Shown here one piece after another: positions 40,313-50,677 of a DNA stretch of 64,000 nucleotides. The stretch is from an uncultured Spirochaetota bacterium (GTDB taxonomy: Bacteria > Spirochaetota > Brevinematia > Brevinematales > JAOACQ01). The notes under the pieces are model-generated. The model saw only the letters and a list, made by a program, of their open reading frames with translations. It made no database searches and had not been told where the DNA came from. The DNA lies in contig CAWAOD010000003.1 of NCBI GenBank assembly GCA_963783575.1, positions 192,001-256,000 of the forward strand, read 5' to 3'. Position 1 is the first letter of the stretch. Every line of letters begins with the position of its first letter. Both the position numbers and the translations under genes were made by a program.

Positions 40313-40900
40313 ATGTTAAGGAAATTGGTTTTTGCTCTGCTTTTTGTAATGTCTGCGGGTCTATTTTACGCCGAACAGGATTTGCCTGCCGCTTCTTTTC
40401 CGGGACTGAATACACAAATTCTCGCATTCAACCCGGCCTTTTCCGTTGATTTACAGAGTTGTTTTGGTCAAGATAAAGGTATTTATGAAGCTACTACAAA
40501 AAAATCCACAACACCAATTCAAAAGAAGCCAACACCGGCTAATAATGGCGGAGGACCTTCGATTCTGAATATATGCGGATATGTTTTAATAGCCGCCGGA
40601 GTCGGCGGTCTTGGAGCGGGATATTATTTCGATACTCAAGCGGCAGCCAATTTGAAGGATGCACAGAAGAATTACGATGATTATAAAAATGCGACAAGCG
40701 GATTTGATGATAAGTGGAGCGCTTATCAGGATAAACTGAACCAGGCCAGACTGAATATTCAGTACCGGAACTATAGTTATATAGGCGGAGGAGTTGCCCT
40801 CGGTGCAGGCCTTATACTAGCCTTTATACCATCCGGCCCTAAAAAGAAATATAGTATTTATGTAACACCGGATTCTATATATGCTGTTTACAGGTTTTAG
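40313..40900 (+). CDS. Exported hypothetical protein with Gly-rich hydrophobic hairpin and C-terminal beta-signal
   Basis: Signal peptide; two Gly-rich hydrophobic segments flanking a charged helix; ends SIYVTPDSIYAVYRF. Confidence 0.7.
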   Translation: MLRKLVFALLFVMSAGLFYAEQDLPAASFPGLNTQILAFNPAFSVDLQSCFGQDKGIYEATTKKSTTPIQKKPTPANNGGGPSILNICGYVLIAAGVGGLGAGYYFDTQAAANLKDAQKNYDDYKNATSGFDDKWSAYQDKLNQARLNIQYRNYSYIGGGVALGAGLILAFIPSGPKKKYSIYVTPDSIYAVYRF

Positions 40901-41094
40901 TGATAAGGGGAATACAGGCTGTTTCATCCGAATAATCCGGCGTTGGGGCTTAATATTCGACCGGATTTGGAATGAAAAATTTTCTTATTAAAAAATGAAG
41001 CAGCTTTTATCCGGAGTTCCGCCATGTTTTATTTTAATATGACGGAACTTCACGTTTTTATTGTTAAAATATTGATATTTAATGGAGGCTGTTC

Positions 41095-42093
41095 ATGATA
41101 AGAATAGTAACCGGTTTTTGTATGGCGATTGGAATATCATTTATGTTGTTTTCCTGTGCCGCGGGCGATCCTGATATAATATCGCAGAATAACAGCAGGA
41201 ATAACCCGAACGACCCGAAAGCCGGAAATTCTTCCAGCGGCGGCTCGCAGGCCGGGGGTTCAAGCAGTACCGGCGGTGGGACAAGCAGCTCCGTGACTAC
41301 CACCAATACATCTTCTCAAGGAACGTCTCTGGCAGCCGGTCCTGTCTTAACAGTACCTTCCACCGCTTCAGGCAACTTCAATATATCCTGGACATTCACC
41401 TGGCCTTCATTGACCGGCGGACAGGATCATTATGAATTGGAAAAATCATTACAATCACAAGCCGGGTATTCAATTGCCGAATCGACTCCGAACGATACAA
41501 GGACATCTCCATATATCACCGTCTATAGTCCGGTTGCCAGCGACTATGGCAATACTCTTTATTTCAGGGTAAGAGCTCGTACAAGCTATGGGTATACTGC
41601 ATACAGCCAGGAAAAATCCGTTGCCCTAACGCAGCAGCAGCAAAAGTATTATATTAAATTGGTAAATAATATGTCCGGCGGCGGAAGTGATGAAATTGTC
41701 CAGGTAAGAATTAGCAGCGTGGGAAGTGAAATATTTAAAGATGCTAATGAGCTTTTATCTCCTGATGATTATACATCGCCCATCTTGCCTGGTGATTCTA
41801 TAAATCCCGGGGGTTACCAGACATGGGATGTAACCGCCATAAAATCCAGATATTATGTGTTTATTGGGCTTGGAATGTGGGATTATGATGCGGTATTAAA
41901 TAATGAATGGTTCAAAGAACTTCAGAATGATCAAAATTATTATATTTATTGTTCCTTTTATATAGACAGCCAGACAAGTACTACGGTGACAGTTACCGTA
42001 GGATGTGATGCAAATAATAATATAAAGGCCTTCTTTGATTTTGGAGGTTCGGCGGGCTTTGTTGCATCAACAACTGATCCAACGCCAAATTAA
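41095..42093 (+). CDS. AGDPD-tag lipoprotein 5: FN3-like + unknown beta domain
   Basis: FSCAAGDPDII tag; Ser/Gly/Thr linker; ISW...YEL...YFRVRA..GY..YS FN3 pattern. Confidence 0.82.
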   Translation: MIRIVTGFCMAIGISFMLFSCAAGDPDIISQNNSRNNPNDPKAGNSSSGGSQAGGSSSTGGGTSSSVTTTNTSSQGTSLAAGPVLTVPSTASGNFNISWTFTWPSLTGGQDHYELEKSLQSQAGYSIAESTPNDTRTSPYITVYSPVASDYGNTLYFRVRARTSYGYTAYSQEKSVALTQQQQKYYIKLVNNMSGGGSDEIVQVRISSVGSEIFKDANELLSPDDYTSPILPGDSINPGGYQTWDVTAIKSRYYVFIGLGMWDYDAVLNNEWFKELQNDQNYYIYCSFYIDSQTSTTVTVTVGCDANNNIKAFFDFGGSAGFVASTTDPTPN

Positions 42094-42129
42094 CAACAAT
42101 AACAAAAGGACGGATTCAAGATCATGTAA

Positions 42130-42147
42130 CCCCGGCTTTAGCCGGGG
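42130..42147. repeat. GC-rich hairpin between convergent genes (terminator or REP-like)
   Basis: CCCCGGC-TTTA-GCCGGGG. Confidence 0.6.
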
Positions 42148-42162
42148 CCTAAACTATAATAT

Positions 42163-42591
42163 TTAAAGATTATACAAATCCTTCGCACCTATTAAAGCGA
42201 CATCCTTACCCTTCAGCTTTTCCATTACTTCTTTATTATCCTCAAATCTGAATATCAGAATGGCTTTATCCGGGATTTTCGCAAGGAAAGCATACATATA
42301 TTCTACATTGATGCCGTTATCATCGAAAATTCCGAGAATTTTTGCCAGTCCGCCGGGCTTGTCCATCACTTCAATGGCAACAACATCGGTTGCTGATACG
42401 GTATAGTTCCCCTGCTTCAATACTTCGATGGCCTTATCCGGATTATCCACAATAAGCCTCAATATTCCGAAATCGGAAGTATCGGCTACAGAAAGAGCTC
42501 TTATATTCAAATTATGATCTGACAAAAGTTTAGTGACATCAAATAATCTTCCCGTTCTGTTTTCCAGAAAAATGGAAACCTGTTTAACCAT
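42163..42591 (-). CDS. Tandem ACT domain protein
   Basis: QVSIFLENRTGRL, DTSDFGILRLIV and DKPGGL..INVEYMYAF motifs; typical neighbour of paaK. Confidence 0.9.
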   Translation of the reverse strand: MVKQVSIFLENRTGRLFDVTKLLSDHNLNIRALSVADTSDFGILRLIVDNPDKAIEVLKQGNYTVSATDVVAIEVMDKPGGLAKILGIFDDNGINVEYMYAFLAKIPDKAILIFRFEDNKEVMEKLKGKDVALIGAKDLYNL

Positions 42592-42630
42592 AAAAATTGC
42601 CTCCTTTTATTTTACCAGGTATCATCTTTG

Positions 42631-43950
42631 CTAAATCTGTCTCTTATCAACAATACGCTTGGCCTTTCCTTCGCTCCTTTCGACCGTACGCGGCTCAACC
42701 AGTTTGATCTTGACGGAAATGCCAAGAACGTTTTCGATCTCTAATTGTATCTTTTTTTCAACCATCTCAAGCGCTTTTATTTCATCCGAAAATACCTTCT
42801 GATTGACCTCTACCATCACCGTCAGGATATCGAGATTATGTTCCCTTTCAACAATCAATTGATATTGGGGAGATACTTCCTCAATCTGTACAAGAACTTC
42901 CTCAATCTGTGATGGGAAAACATTTATTCCGCGGATAATAAGCATATCGTCTGTCCTGCCCATAATGCGGTCAATTCTGGGATGGGTTCTTCCGCATTTA
43001 CATTCTCCGGGGATAAAGCGGGTTAAATCCCGCGTTCTATAGCGGATGAGCGGTATGCCCTTCTTGGTCAGTGTTGTTATTACCAGCTCACCCTGTTCGC
43101 CTTCTTTTACATGCAGGCCTGTCGAAGGATTAACGATTTCAGCATAGAAATGATCATCATAGATATGAAGGCCGTTTTGTTCAAGGCATTCGTTTGCAAC
43201 GCCGGGGCCAATAATTTCTGAAAGGCCGTATATATTCAAAGCTTTGATCGGAAGGCGTTTCTCAATTTCTTTCCGCATCGCTTCCGACCATGGCTCGGCT
43301 CCGAAAACCCCATATTTCAAATTAAGTTTATTAAAATTTAAACCCTTCTTTTCGGCTTCCTCAGCAAGGTATAATGTGTATGAAGGAGTGCATGTCAACA
43401 TATCCGGGCCGAAATCCTCCAGTAATAGCAGCTGCCTTGCTGTATTGCCCCCGGATATAGGAATAACGGCAGCTCCCATCTTCTCAACACCGTAATGAAT
43501 ACCCAGGCCGCCTGTAAAAAGGCCGTAACCGTATGCATTCTGAATGATGGAATGCCTGGTGGCACCGGATGCGGTCAGAGAACGGGCCATAACCTCAGAC
43601 CAGGTTTCGATATCTTCCTGGGTATAGCCGACCACGGTCGGTTTGCCTGTAGTTCCGCTGGACGCATGTATCCTTACTATCTTTTCCATGGGTACTGCAA
43701 ATAGGCCGTAGGGATAATTATCACGTAAATCCAGTTTGGTCGTAAACGGCAGCCGTGTTATATCGTCCAGCGAATTAATTTCATTGGGTTTGATCGACAT
43801 TTCGTTAAACTTCTTTTTGTAAAACGGAACATTATCATATACATACCAGACCAGTTCCTTTAAGCGGAATAACTGCAGAGATTTTCTGACCTCACGGTTC
43901 ATGGTTTCCATTTCTTCATTCCAGATAGGATAAGGAAAATTTCTTTTCAT
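42631..43950 (-). CDS. paaK: Phenylacetate-CoA ligase
   Basis: [32 protein letters not shown] and GRTDDM motifs. Confidence 0.92.
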   Translation of the reverse strand: MKRNFPYPIWNEEMETMNREVRKSLQLFRLKELVWYVYDNVPFYKKKFNEMSIKPNEINSLDDITRLPFTTKLDLRDNYPYGLFAVPMEKIVRIHASSGTTGKPTVVGYTQEDIETWSEVMARSLTASGATRHSIIQNAYGYGLFTGGLGIHYGVEKMGAAVIPISGGNTARQLLLLEDFGPDMLTCTPSYTLYLAEEAEKKGLNFNKLNLKYGVFGAEPWSEAMRKEIEKRLPIKALNIYGLSEIIGPGVANECLEQNGLHIYDDHFYAEIVNPSTGLHVKEGEQGELVITTLTKKGIPLIRYRTRDLTRFIPGECKCGRTHPRIDRIMGRTDDMLIIRGINVFPSQIEEVLVQIEEVSPQYQLIVEREHNLDILTVMVEVNQKVFSDEIKALEMVEKKIQLEIENVLGISVKIKLVEPRTVERSEGKAKRIVDKRQI

Positions 43951-44027
43951 TCATGCCTCCTACAATTATTATTTTATAGACTATTATGACCTTTTTACAG
44001 ATTAAAGTCTCCGGCTTAAACCCGATT

Positions 44028-44613
44028 TTAATCTCTTATCCAGGCCCTTCCTGCCTCAAACGCTTTAATATTTACATCAACAAACTTTTCTTTGACATTT
44101 ATTTTTATGGCATCAATCCATACATCCGGATCTATATTTTCAATAAATCCCGACAGTACGCCCAGAAGAAGGACATTACCGGTCCTGGAATTACCCAGAT
44201 TTTTAGATGCTTCAAAAGCATTCACAAAATATAGAGATCCGGTTATTTCTTTAAAATAATTCATTGTTTGTTTCGGATATTCGACAAGGCCAAGTACTAC
44301 AGGAGTCGGCGGTATTTCCATATCATTGATAACGGCGTAGCCGTTCTTTTTAAGGTAATGAATGTTTCTCATCGCCTCCAATTTTTCAAATCCGAGCAAG
44401 TAATCCGCTTCACCTTCGGAAATGACGGGAGAATATATTTTCTCACCATAACGGATAAAGCTCACAACCGAGCCCCTCCCTCTGGCTCATTCCATGTATT
44501 TCATTTTTTTTAATGTCTAATCCGCTATTAAAAAGCGCGCACGAAAGTATGTCTGAAGCAAGTATAATGCCCTGTCCTCCAACGCCGCAAATTATTATGC
44601 TTTTAGATTCCAT
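44028..44613 (-). CDS. iorB: Indolepyruvate:ferredoxin oxidoreductase beta subunit, frameshift in G-run near 44475
   Basis: From ATG 44613: MESKSIIICGVGGQGIILAS...EIHGMSQR; one extra base before SVVSFIRYG (ORF 44028..44465). Confidence 0.88.
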
Positions 44614-44631
44614 AAACAAAACCTCAATAAA

Positions 44632-46176
44632 TCATAATTTTATTACCATGATAGTCCTGTCATCCTTTTGTATAGCCCCTTCAAAAAAATCCTCGGTTTT
44701 CAGAAGAACATCGCCGATTATGTTTGAGGCTGTATCGGATTTAAGACAGGCTTCAAGAAATAAATCCTCCAGTCTTTCCTTTCCCAGCAGTTCCCCGGCC
44801 GGGTTTGTCCCTTCAATAATCCCGTCGCTGAAAAGAAGCAGTACATCCCCCTTCTGGCATGTGATCGATTCCGCACTGTATTTGGCTGTACGGAATATTC
44901 CGATAATAGGATTCTTGTTCCGGATTCTGTTTATGGCCTGCCCTCCGGAATAGAAATAAAGCTGGTCGGTATGTCCCGCAGAAATATAGCTTACTTCCCG
45001 GGTTTCAAGATTAATAAGGCATGCAAAAAGTGTGGCGTATGAGTATGTATTCTCCAGAATCCTGCTTATTCGGTTATTTAAAAGGTTAAAAGCCTGGGAC
45101 AGGTCATGAAACATATTATCCTCAATCAATTCTTCAACTTCCACTTTTAAAATTGCCCAAATCATCGCGGCATAAACTCCATGACCTGAAGCGTCACCCA
45201 GTAAAAGGAGTATATTTTTATCATCCAGCTTATAAAAATCGTAATAATCCCCGCCCACACTTTGCATAGGCATATATGATATTTCCATATCTATAAAGTT
45301 CTGAATAATTTTCTGTTTATCCAGGGGCAGTAGAGAAATCTGAAGCGATTGCGCCGTTCTGACATCATACATCATCTGGCGGTTTAAATCGGATAGTTTT
45401 TTGTTTGCCTCATTGGCGCGTGTCAGCACATCCATGTATTCAAAAACGAAATTCAGACTGAGACCGATGGATAATATCGTAATACCGTACATATAAAACG
45501 AACCGTAATGTTCCAGAAAACTCAACCATCCATTTATCCTGACAGCTATTTCAAAAACGATAAAAATTATCGCAGCTATTCCGCTGCCAAGTATCGTACA
45601 GTAGCGGAAAAAATTAATCGGGGTAATTTTACCGCTTTCTTTTTTTAAAATATTCCTGAAAGCAAAAAATTCTATAATCCCTGCAATAAGGATAATTACT
45701 AATAGCGATATAAGGAATAAGCTATGTGTTAGGCTTAGTTCCCTGTATGAAAAGTCTATTGAGATAATAAATCCTGCAAGAACTATTGAAAGTATAATGA
45801 AAACAATCTGGTATTTCCTGCTGTTCTGCTTATACCCATCCGTTTCGACAAAAGACATGTCCTTGATTTTAATCATTATATATCTTAAAAGCATAACATA
45901 AAAATTAATTATGAAAATTCCGAATATCAATTTAAGCTTATTGAATATCACTATATATAAACGGCCTTCAAGGGTTACGGAAAATGCGCCCGAAAGCCCT
46001 GAAAGGATAATTGAGAAACCTATTAAAATAATATATATTGAGTCTTCATTGGATTTTTTGATTTCATTCTTTTTCATTATTAAAAAAAAGAAAAGAATGT
46101 ACTGCAGGGTCAAAAAAATACCGAAACTGCCTCCAATGATATAAGACACCAATTCTAAATTCATCTGATTCCCCAT
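44632..46176 (-). CDS. Membrane PP2C/SpoIIE-type phosphatase
   Basis: About 7 TM segments; VGGDYYD, GDASGHG, SAGH, FSDG and DDRT motifs. Confidence 0.9.
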   Translation of the reverse strand: MGNQMNLELVSYIIGGSFGIFLTLQYILFFFLIMKKNEIKKSNEDSIYIILIGFSIILSGLSGAFSVTLEGRLYIVIFNKLKLIFGIFIINFYVMLLRYIMIKIKDMSFVETDGYKQNSRKYQIVFIILSIVLAGFIISIDFSYRELSLTHSLFLISLLVIILIAGIIEFFAFRNILKKESGKITPINFFRYCTILGSGIAAIIFIVFEIAVRINGWLSFLEHYGSFYMYGITILSIGLSLNFVFEYMDVLTRANEANKKLSDLNRQMMYDVRTAQSLQISLLPLDKQKIIQNFIDMEISYMPMQSVGGDYYDFYKLDDKNILLLLGDASGHGVYAAMIWAILKVEVEELIEDNMFHDLSQAFNLLNNRISRILENTYSYATLFACLINLETREVSYISAGHTDQLYFYSGGQAINRIRNKNPIIGIFRTAKYSAESITCQKGDVLLLFSDGIIEGTNPAGELLGKERLEDLFLEACLKSDTASNIIGDVLLKTEDFFEGAIQKDDRTIMVIKL

Positions 46177-46183
46177 ATCAAAA

Positions 46184-47797
46184 TCATCGTATTTTCTCCA
46201 TGGCTTTCCTGATCATGGCTTCACCGATAACGCAGATCTCGTCAATTATTACTACCGATGGTTCTTCAGCCTGGATTTCTTCAAGCAAAATTTTGCTTAA
46301 AATGTCTTTTTTAAAAGCATTGACTTTTGTAACCCTTTTTACTCCCAATCCCCTTACAAGTCCTTCAAGATCAATTTCACAAGTCTTCTCAAACTTATTA
46401 TCAAGCGAAGTACATACATTCGGCTGATGACCGGTCATGGCCGTAATATGATTATCAAGGATAACAAGGGTTATCGGCGTTCCGTTATAAACTGCGTCGA
46501 TAAGGCTCGTCATTCCGGAATGAATAAACGTAGAATCGCCTATTACTGCGATTGAATTAGGCTTTTTACCAGTTATCCGGCCCGCTTTTTTAAATCCGAT
46601 CTCATTCCCCACGCTTGCGCCCATACATATTGCCGTATCCATTGCGTTGTAAGGCTGAAGTGCTCCAAGGGTGTAACATCCGATATCTCCAAATACGGTT
46701 ACATTATGGTCCCTCAGGACTTCAAACACAGGTATATGCCCGCAGCCTTTACATAGAACCGGCGGCCTCCCGGGCAAATTGATCCCGCTGACATCATTCT
46801 CTTTTTTCGATGCGATTTGCTGATTTATTTTATCCTCCCCGGTATGAAAAGCTTTGCGGATGGTATCGGGAAAAATTTCACCATACATCGGAATGATCTG
46901 TTTTCCTATAATATCAATCCCGTTAGCCCTTATTTCTTCTTCAATAATAGGGTCCAGTTCCTCGACAACATATAAAACCTTAACCTGCGATGCGAATTCT
47001 TTGATCATTGCCATCGGTATCGGATAAAATGATATTTTTAAAGTACTGGCTTCCGGTAATGCGTCCCTTACATAATTATATATAAGGCCATGTGTAATTA
47101 TCCCGATATCCTTACTGCGGTATTCAATAGTATTGTACTCAAACCGGCCGGAAAAATTACATAACTTTGAGTATCTTTCCAGTACTACCCTGTGCCGGGG
47201 AATGGCATTCGCCGGTACCATGACAAACTTCGATGCATTTTTCCGATAAGTAAATTCCGGAATTTTACGGTTGGCCTTGTCGCAATGCACGACTGTTTTT
47301 GTATGAGAAATTCGCGTCACGGGACGCATCAGAACAGGAGTATCAAATTTTTCCGATATCGACATGCCGATTTTAACGAATTCTCTGGCCTCATTGCTGT
47401 CACAGGGTTCCAGAAGGGGTATTTTAGCAAATTTGGCATAGTTTCTTGAATCCTGCTCGTTCTGAGAAGAGTGCATCCCGGGATCATCGGCCACAATTAT
47501 AACAAGACCGGCATTGACGCCTGTATAAGAAGCCGTCATCAGAGGATCGGCGGCGACATTCAGCCCTACATGCTTCATCGTGGCAATCGATCTTATCCCT
47601 GCTAGTGAAGATCCGATAGCGATTTCAAGTGCTACTTTTTCATTCACGCTCCACTCTGAATCGATTTCACTGTATTTTTCAGTTATTGTTTCAATAATCT
47701 CCGAACTCGGGGTTCCGGGATAACCGGCTGCCACCCAGACATTTGCTTCATAAGCACCCCTCGCTATGGCTTCATTTCCAGATAATAATTCTCTCAT
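46184..47797 (-). CDS. iorA: Indolepyruvate:ferredoxin oxidoreductase alpha subunit
   Basis: GNEAIARG, GYPGTPSSE, MKHVGLNVAADP, DIGCY and GDSTF.HSG motifs; no C-terminal ferredoxin domain. Confidence 0.92.
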   Translation of the reverse strand: MRELLSGNEAIARGAYEANVWVAAGYPGTPSSEIIETITEKYSEIDSEWSVNEKVALEIAIGSSLAGIRSIATMKHVGLNVAADPLMTASYTGVNAGLVIIVADDPGMHSSQNEQDSRNYAKFAKIPLLEPCDSNEAREFVKIGMSISEKFDTPVLMRPVTRISHTKTVVHCDKANRKIPEFTYRKNASKFVMVPANAIPRHRVVLERYSKLCNFSGRFEYNTIEYRSKDIGIITHGLIYNYVRDALPEASTLKISFYPIPMAMIKEFASQVKVLYVVEELDPIIEEEIRANGIDIIGKQIIPMYGEIFPDTIRKAFHTGEDKINQQIASKKENDVSGINLPGRPPVLCKGCGHIPVFEVLRDHNVTVFGDIGCYTLGALQPYNAMDTAICMGASVGNEIGFKKAGRITGKKPNSIAVIGDSTFIHSGMTSLIDAVYNGTPITLVILDNHITAMTGHQPNVCTSLDNKFEKTCEIDLEGLVRGLGVKRVTKVNAFKKDILSKILLEEIQAEEPSVVIIDEICVIGEAMIRKAMEKIR

Positions 47798-48009
47798 ACG
47801 ATTTCCACTCCGGTTTAAAATAGATATATCCATTTTTTTGAACAAATTTATGATATATTATTGTATATTTTCAGTATTTATATTGATGAATATAACAGGC
47901 GGTTCTAAAAGCTATTAAATTACTTTTTTAGAGCAGCTCATATTATAAATACAGGCTTTTGAAATATCAAATACTGAACCGCAGTATAATCACAAAGGAG
48001 GGCAATTTT

Positions 48010-48447
48010 ATGAAAAAAATAGTAATTCTTATTATAATCCCATTCATCGCATTCTTTATTATAGAACTTGCCGGTTGCAGCAATCCGTCGGTTTCGGTTC
48101 CATCCGGTATGGCTTACCTTACCGGAACAATCAGTGCACCGACGGGTGTTATACCGTCAAACAGGTTCCTTGGGGTTTTCATCCATACGGCAATTCTTGA
48201 CACGACAAACAGCGGTACAAACGCGGCATGGTTCGCTCTATGCAGCAGTTTACCGCTGACTTATACTGTCGGGATCGAGCCTGGAATCTATTTTGTATAT
48301 GCCTGGCTTGATTATAATGGCGATTTAAAAAACAATTCCGGCGATTATTCCGGCTGGGGTGGAGGTATTTTTCCTATCAGTCCAAATATAACACTGGAAG
48401 CGGGAAAAACAAATATTTGCAATATATCACTGAGTTCAAATTTTTGA
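48010..48447 (+). CDS. Hypothetical lipoprotein
   Basis: ATG after GGAGGG; LAGC lipobox; PGIYFVYAWLDYNGD motif. Confidence 0.7.
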   Translation: MKKIVILIIIPFIAFFIIELAGCSNPSVSVPSGMAYLTGTISAPTGVIPSNRFLGVFIHTAILDTTNSGTNAAWFALCSSLPLTYTVGIEPGIYFVYAWLDYNGDLKNNSGDYSGWGGGIFPISPNITLEAGKTNICNISLSSNF

Positions 48448-48472
48448 CACTCCCGATTATTATGCTTAAAAT
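48444..48472 (+). promoter_or_regulatory. Sigma70-type promoter upstream of uvrB
   Basis: TTGACA-17 bp-TAAAAT. Confidence 0.6.
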
Positions 48473-48633
48473 AGATATGGTAAATTTCATCTCGGTTTCC
48501 TGCCTTCCTGTGAAACACACATACCCCCGGTTGAAATATTCGCATAGAAGTTTTGAAAAATATGCGAATCCCTTAATAATTATAGGTATAAATGAAGTTG
48601 TAGAATCTCAATAGCTTTTATTTGGAGATACAA

Positions 48634-50631
48634 ATGCCGGAATTTAAAGTACAGGCAAACTACAAACCCTCCGGTGACCAGCCGGCGGCAATAGAAAGCC
48701 TGACAAATAATTTTATAAACGGAATAAAGGCACAGACGCTGCTTGGCGTTACAGGCAGCGGGAAGACATTTACAATGGCCCACGTTATAAATAACCTGCA
48801 GTTGCCAACTCTTGTTATGTCGCACAATAAGACACTTGCCGCCCAGCTCTTCAGGGAATTCAGGGAATTCTTTCCGGACAATGCTGTGGAGTATTTCGTA
48901 TCGTATTATGATTACTATCAGCCTGAAGCCTATGTTCCACAAAGGGATTTGTATATTGAGAAGGATTCCAAGATCAATGATGAAATAGACAGGATGCGAG
49001 TCTCGGCGGTAGCCTCATTGATAGACAGACGGGATGTCGTTATTGTAGCTTCCGTGTCATGCATTTATGGATTGGGCGCCCCAACGGATTATAAAGAACT
49101 GATGCTGATGATAAAGAAGGGAATGAAGATCGGCAGGGATGAAGTAATCCGCCATCTTATCAGGATTCAGTACGAAAGAAGCGACTTTGACTTAAACCGC
49201 GCCGCTTTCCGCGTAAAAGGAGATATAATAGATATCCATACCGCATATTCACGCGAGGTTGTAAGAATTGTCTTTTTCGGCGATGAAATAGAATCAATCA
49301 GAAGACAGCACTTTTTAACAGGGAAAATGATTGGCGATCTTGACCGTGCCGTCATTTATCCGGCAAAACTTTTTCTGACAACCGATGAAAAAATGAAGAC
49401 AGCAATTGAACTTATAGAGGAGGAGCTTCAGGAACGGCTTAAAGAATTAAAGGTCCAGGGCAAGGAAGTAGAAGCGTACAGGCTTGAATCGAGGACTCAT
49501 TACGACCTTGAGATGATGCAGGAGATGGGATACTGTAATGGAATAGAGAATTACTCGAGGCATTTGTCCTTCCGTAAGCCGGGCGAAAAACCGTTTGTCC
49601 TTCTGGATTATTTCCCGGAAGATTTTCTGGCCATTCTTGACGAATCGCACCAGACAATACCTCAGATTGGCGGGATGTACAAGGGGGACCGCTCAAGAAA
49701 ACAGACCCTGGTTGATTTCGGATTCCGCCTACCATCAGCCCTAGATAACCGGCCTTTGCATTTTGAGGAATTTGAAAGCATGCTCAAGCGAGTGCTTTTT
49801 GTTTCCGCTACACCTGCGGATTATGAAATTTCGCATGGCGGTGCAATAGTCGAACAGATAATCAGGCCGACCGGGCTTATAGACCCCAATGTTGAAGTCA
49901 GGAAAACCGATGGACAGATCGAGGATATTATCCTTGAAGTAAGGGAAAGAATCAAGAATAAGCAGAGGGTATTGATTACTACCCTTACAAAAAAGATGGC
50001 CGAAGACCTGACGGATTTTCTCTCGGAAAACGACCTGAAAGTATCCTATCTCCATTCCGAGGTTGAGACTATCGAAAGGGTTGAAATCCTGAAAAAGCTG
50101 AGGCTCGGAACTTTCGATGTACTCGTAGGTATCAACCTTTTGAGGGAAGGCATAGACCTGCCGGAGGTATCGCTTGTTATAATCCTTGATGCGGATAAAA
50201 TGGGGTTCCTGCGTTCGGCAAGGTCCCTGATCCAGATCATAGGGAGAAGCGCAAGGAATGTAGACGGTAAAGTCATAATGTATGCCGATGTTATTACGGA
50301 TTCAATGCGGCAGGCCATTGATGAAACAAAACGTAGAAGGCAGATCCAGCTTGAATTTAATAAAGTTCATAATATCACCCCGAAAACCATTGAGAAAGAG
50401 ATTACAGATATCCTAGAGCGGAAAATCCAGACCGAAGAAAGGGAAGAGAACAGGATTGCGGAATATAAAAGAAAATATGTTGAGAAAGAGGTGCTTGTTA
50501 AAGAACTTGAAAAGCTTATGTTCAGCTATGCGGAAAACCTTGAGTTTGAGAAAGCCGCCCAGGTAAGGGACGAGATTCAGGAACTGACGGCTAAAAAAGA
50601 ACAGGCCGGCGGTATCCCATCCGAAGAGTAA
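48634..50631 (+). CDS. uvrB: Excinuclease ABC subunit B
   Basis: GVTGSGKT, SYYDYYQPEAY, DESH and GINLLREG motifs; C-terminal UVR domain. Confidence 0.97.
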   Translation: MPEFKVQANYKPSGDQPAAIESLTNNFINGIKAQTLLGVTGSGKTFTMAHVINNLQLPTLVMSHNKTLAAQLFREFREFFPDNAVEYFVSYYDYYQPEAYVPQRDLYIEKDSKINDEIDRMRVSAVASLIDRRDVVIVASVSCIYGLGAPTDYKELMLMIKKGMKIGRDEVIRHLIRIQYERSDFDLNRAAFRVKGDIIDIHTAYSREVVRIVFFGDEIESIRRQHFLTGKMIGDLDRAVIYPAKLFLTTDEKMKTAIELIEEELQERLKELKVQGKEVEAYRLESRTHYDLEMMQEMGYCNGIENYSRHLSFRKPGEKPFVLLDYFPEDFLAILDESHQTIPQIGGMYKGDRSRKQTLVDFGFRLPSALDNRPLHFEEFESMLKRVLFVSATPADYEISHGGAIVEQIIRPTGLIDPNVEVRKTDGQIEDIILEVRERIKNKQRVLITTLTKKMAEDLTDFLSENDLKVSYLHSEVETIERVEILKKLRLGTFDVLVGINLLREGIDLPEVSLVIILDADKMGFLRSARSLIQIIGRSARNVDGKVIMYADVITDSMRQAIDETKRRRQIQLEFNKVHNITPKTIEKEITDILERKIQTEEREENRIAEYKRKYVEKEVLVKELEKLMFSYAENLEFEKAAQVRDEIQELTAKKEQAGGIPSEE

Positions 50632-50677
50632 TATAAATTGAAAAATAATTACTCAGATGAGTTTTCACTTAGGGAAA

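Noticed and set aside
42130..42147. Hairpin resembling an IS200/IS605-type end
   Set aside because: No tnpA, tnpB or iscB nearby; position between convergent genes fits a terminator or solitary REP
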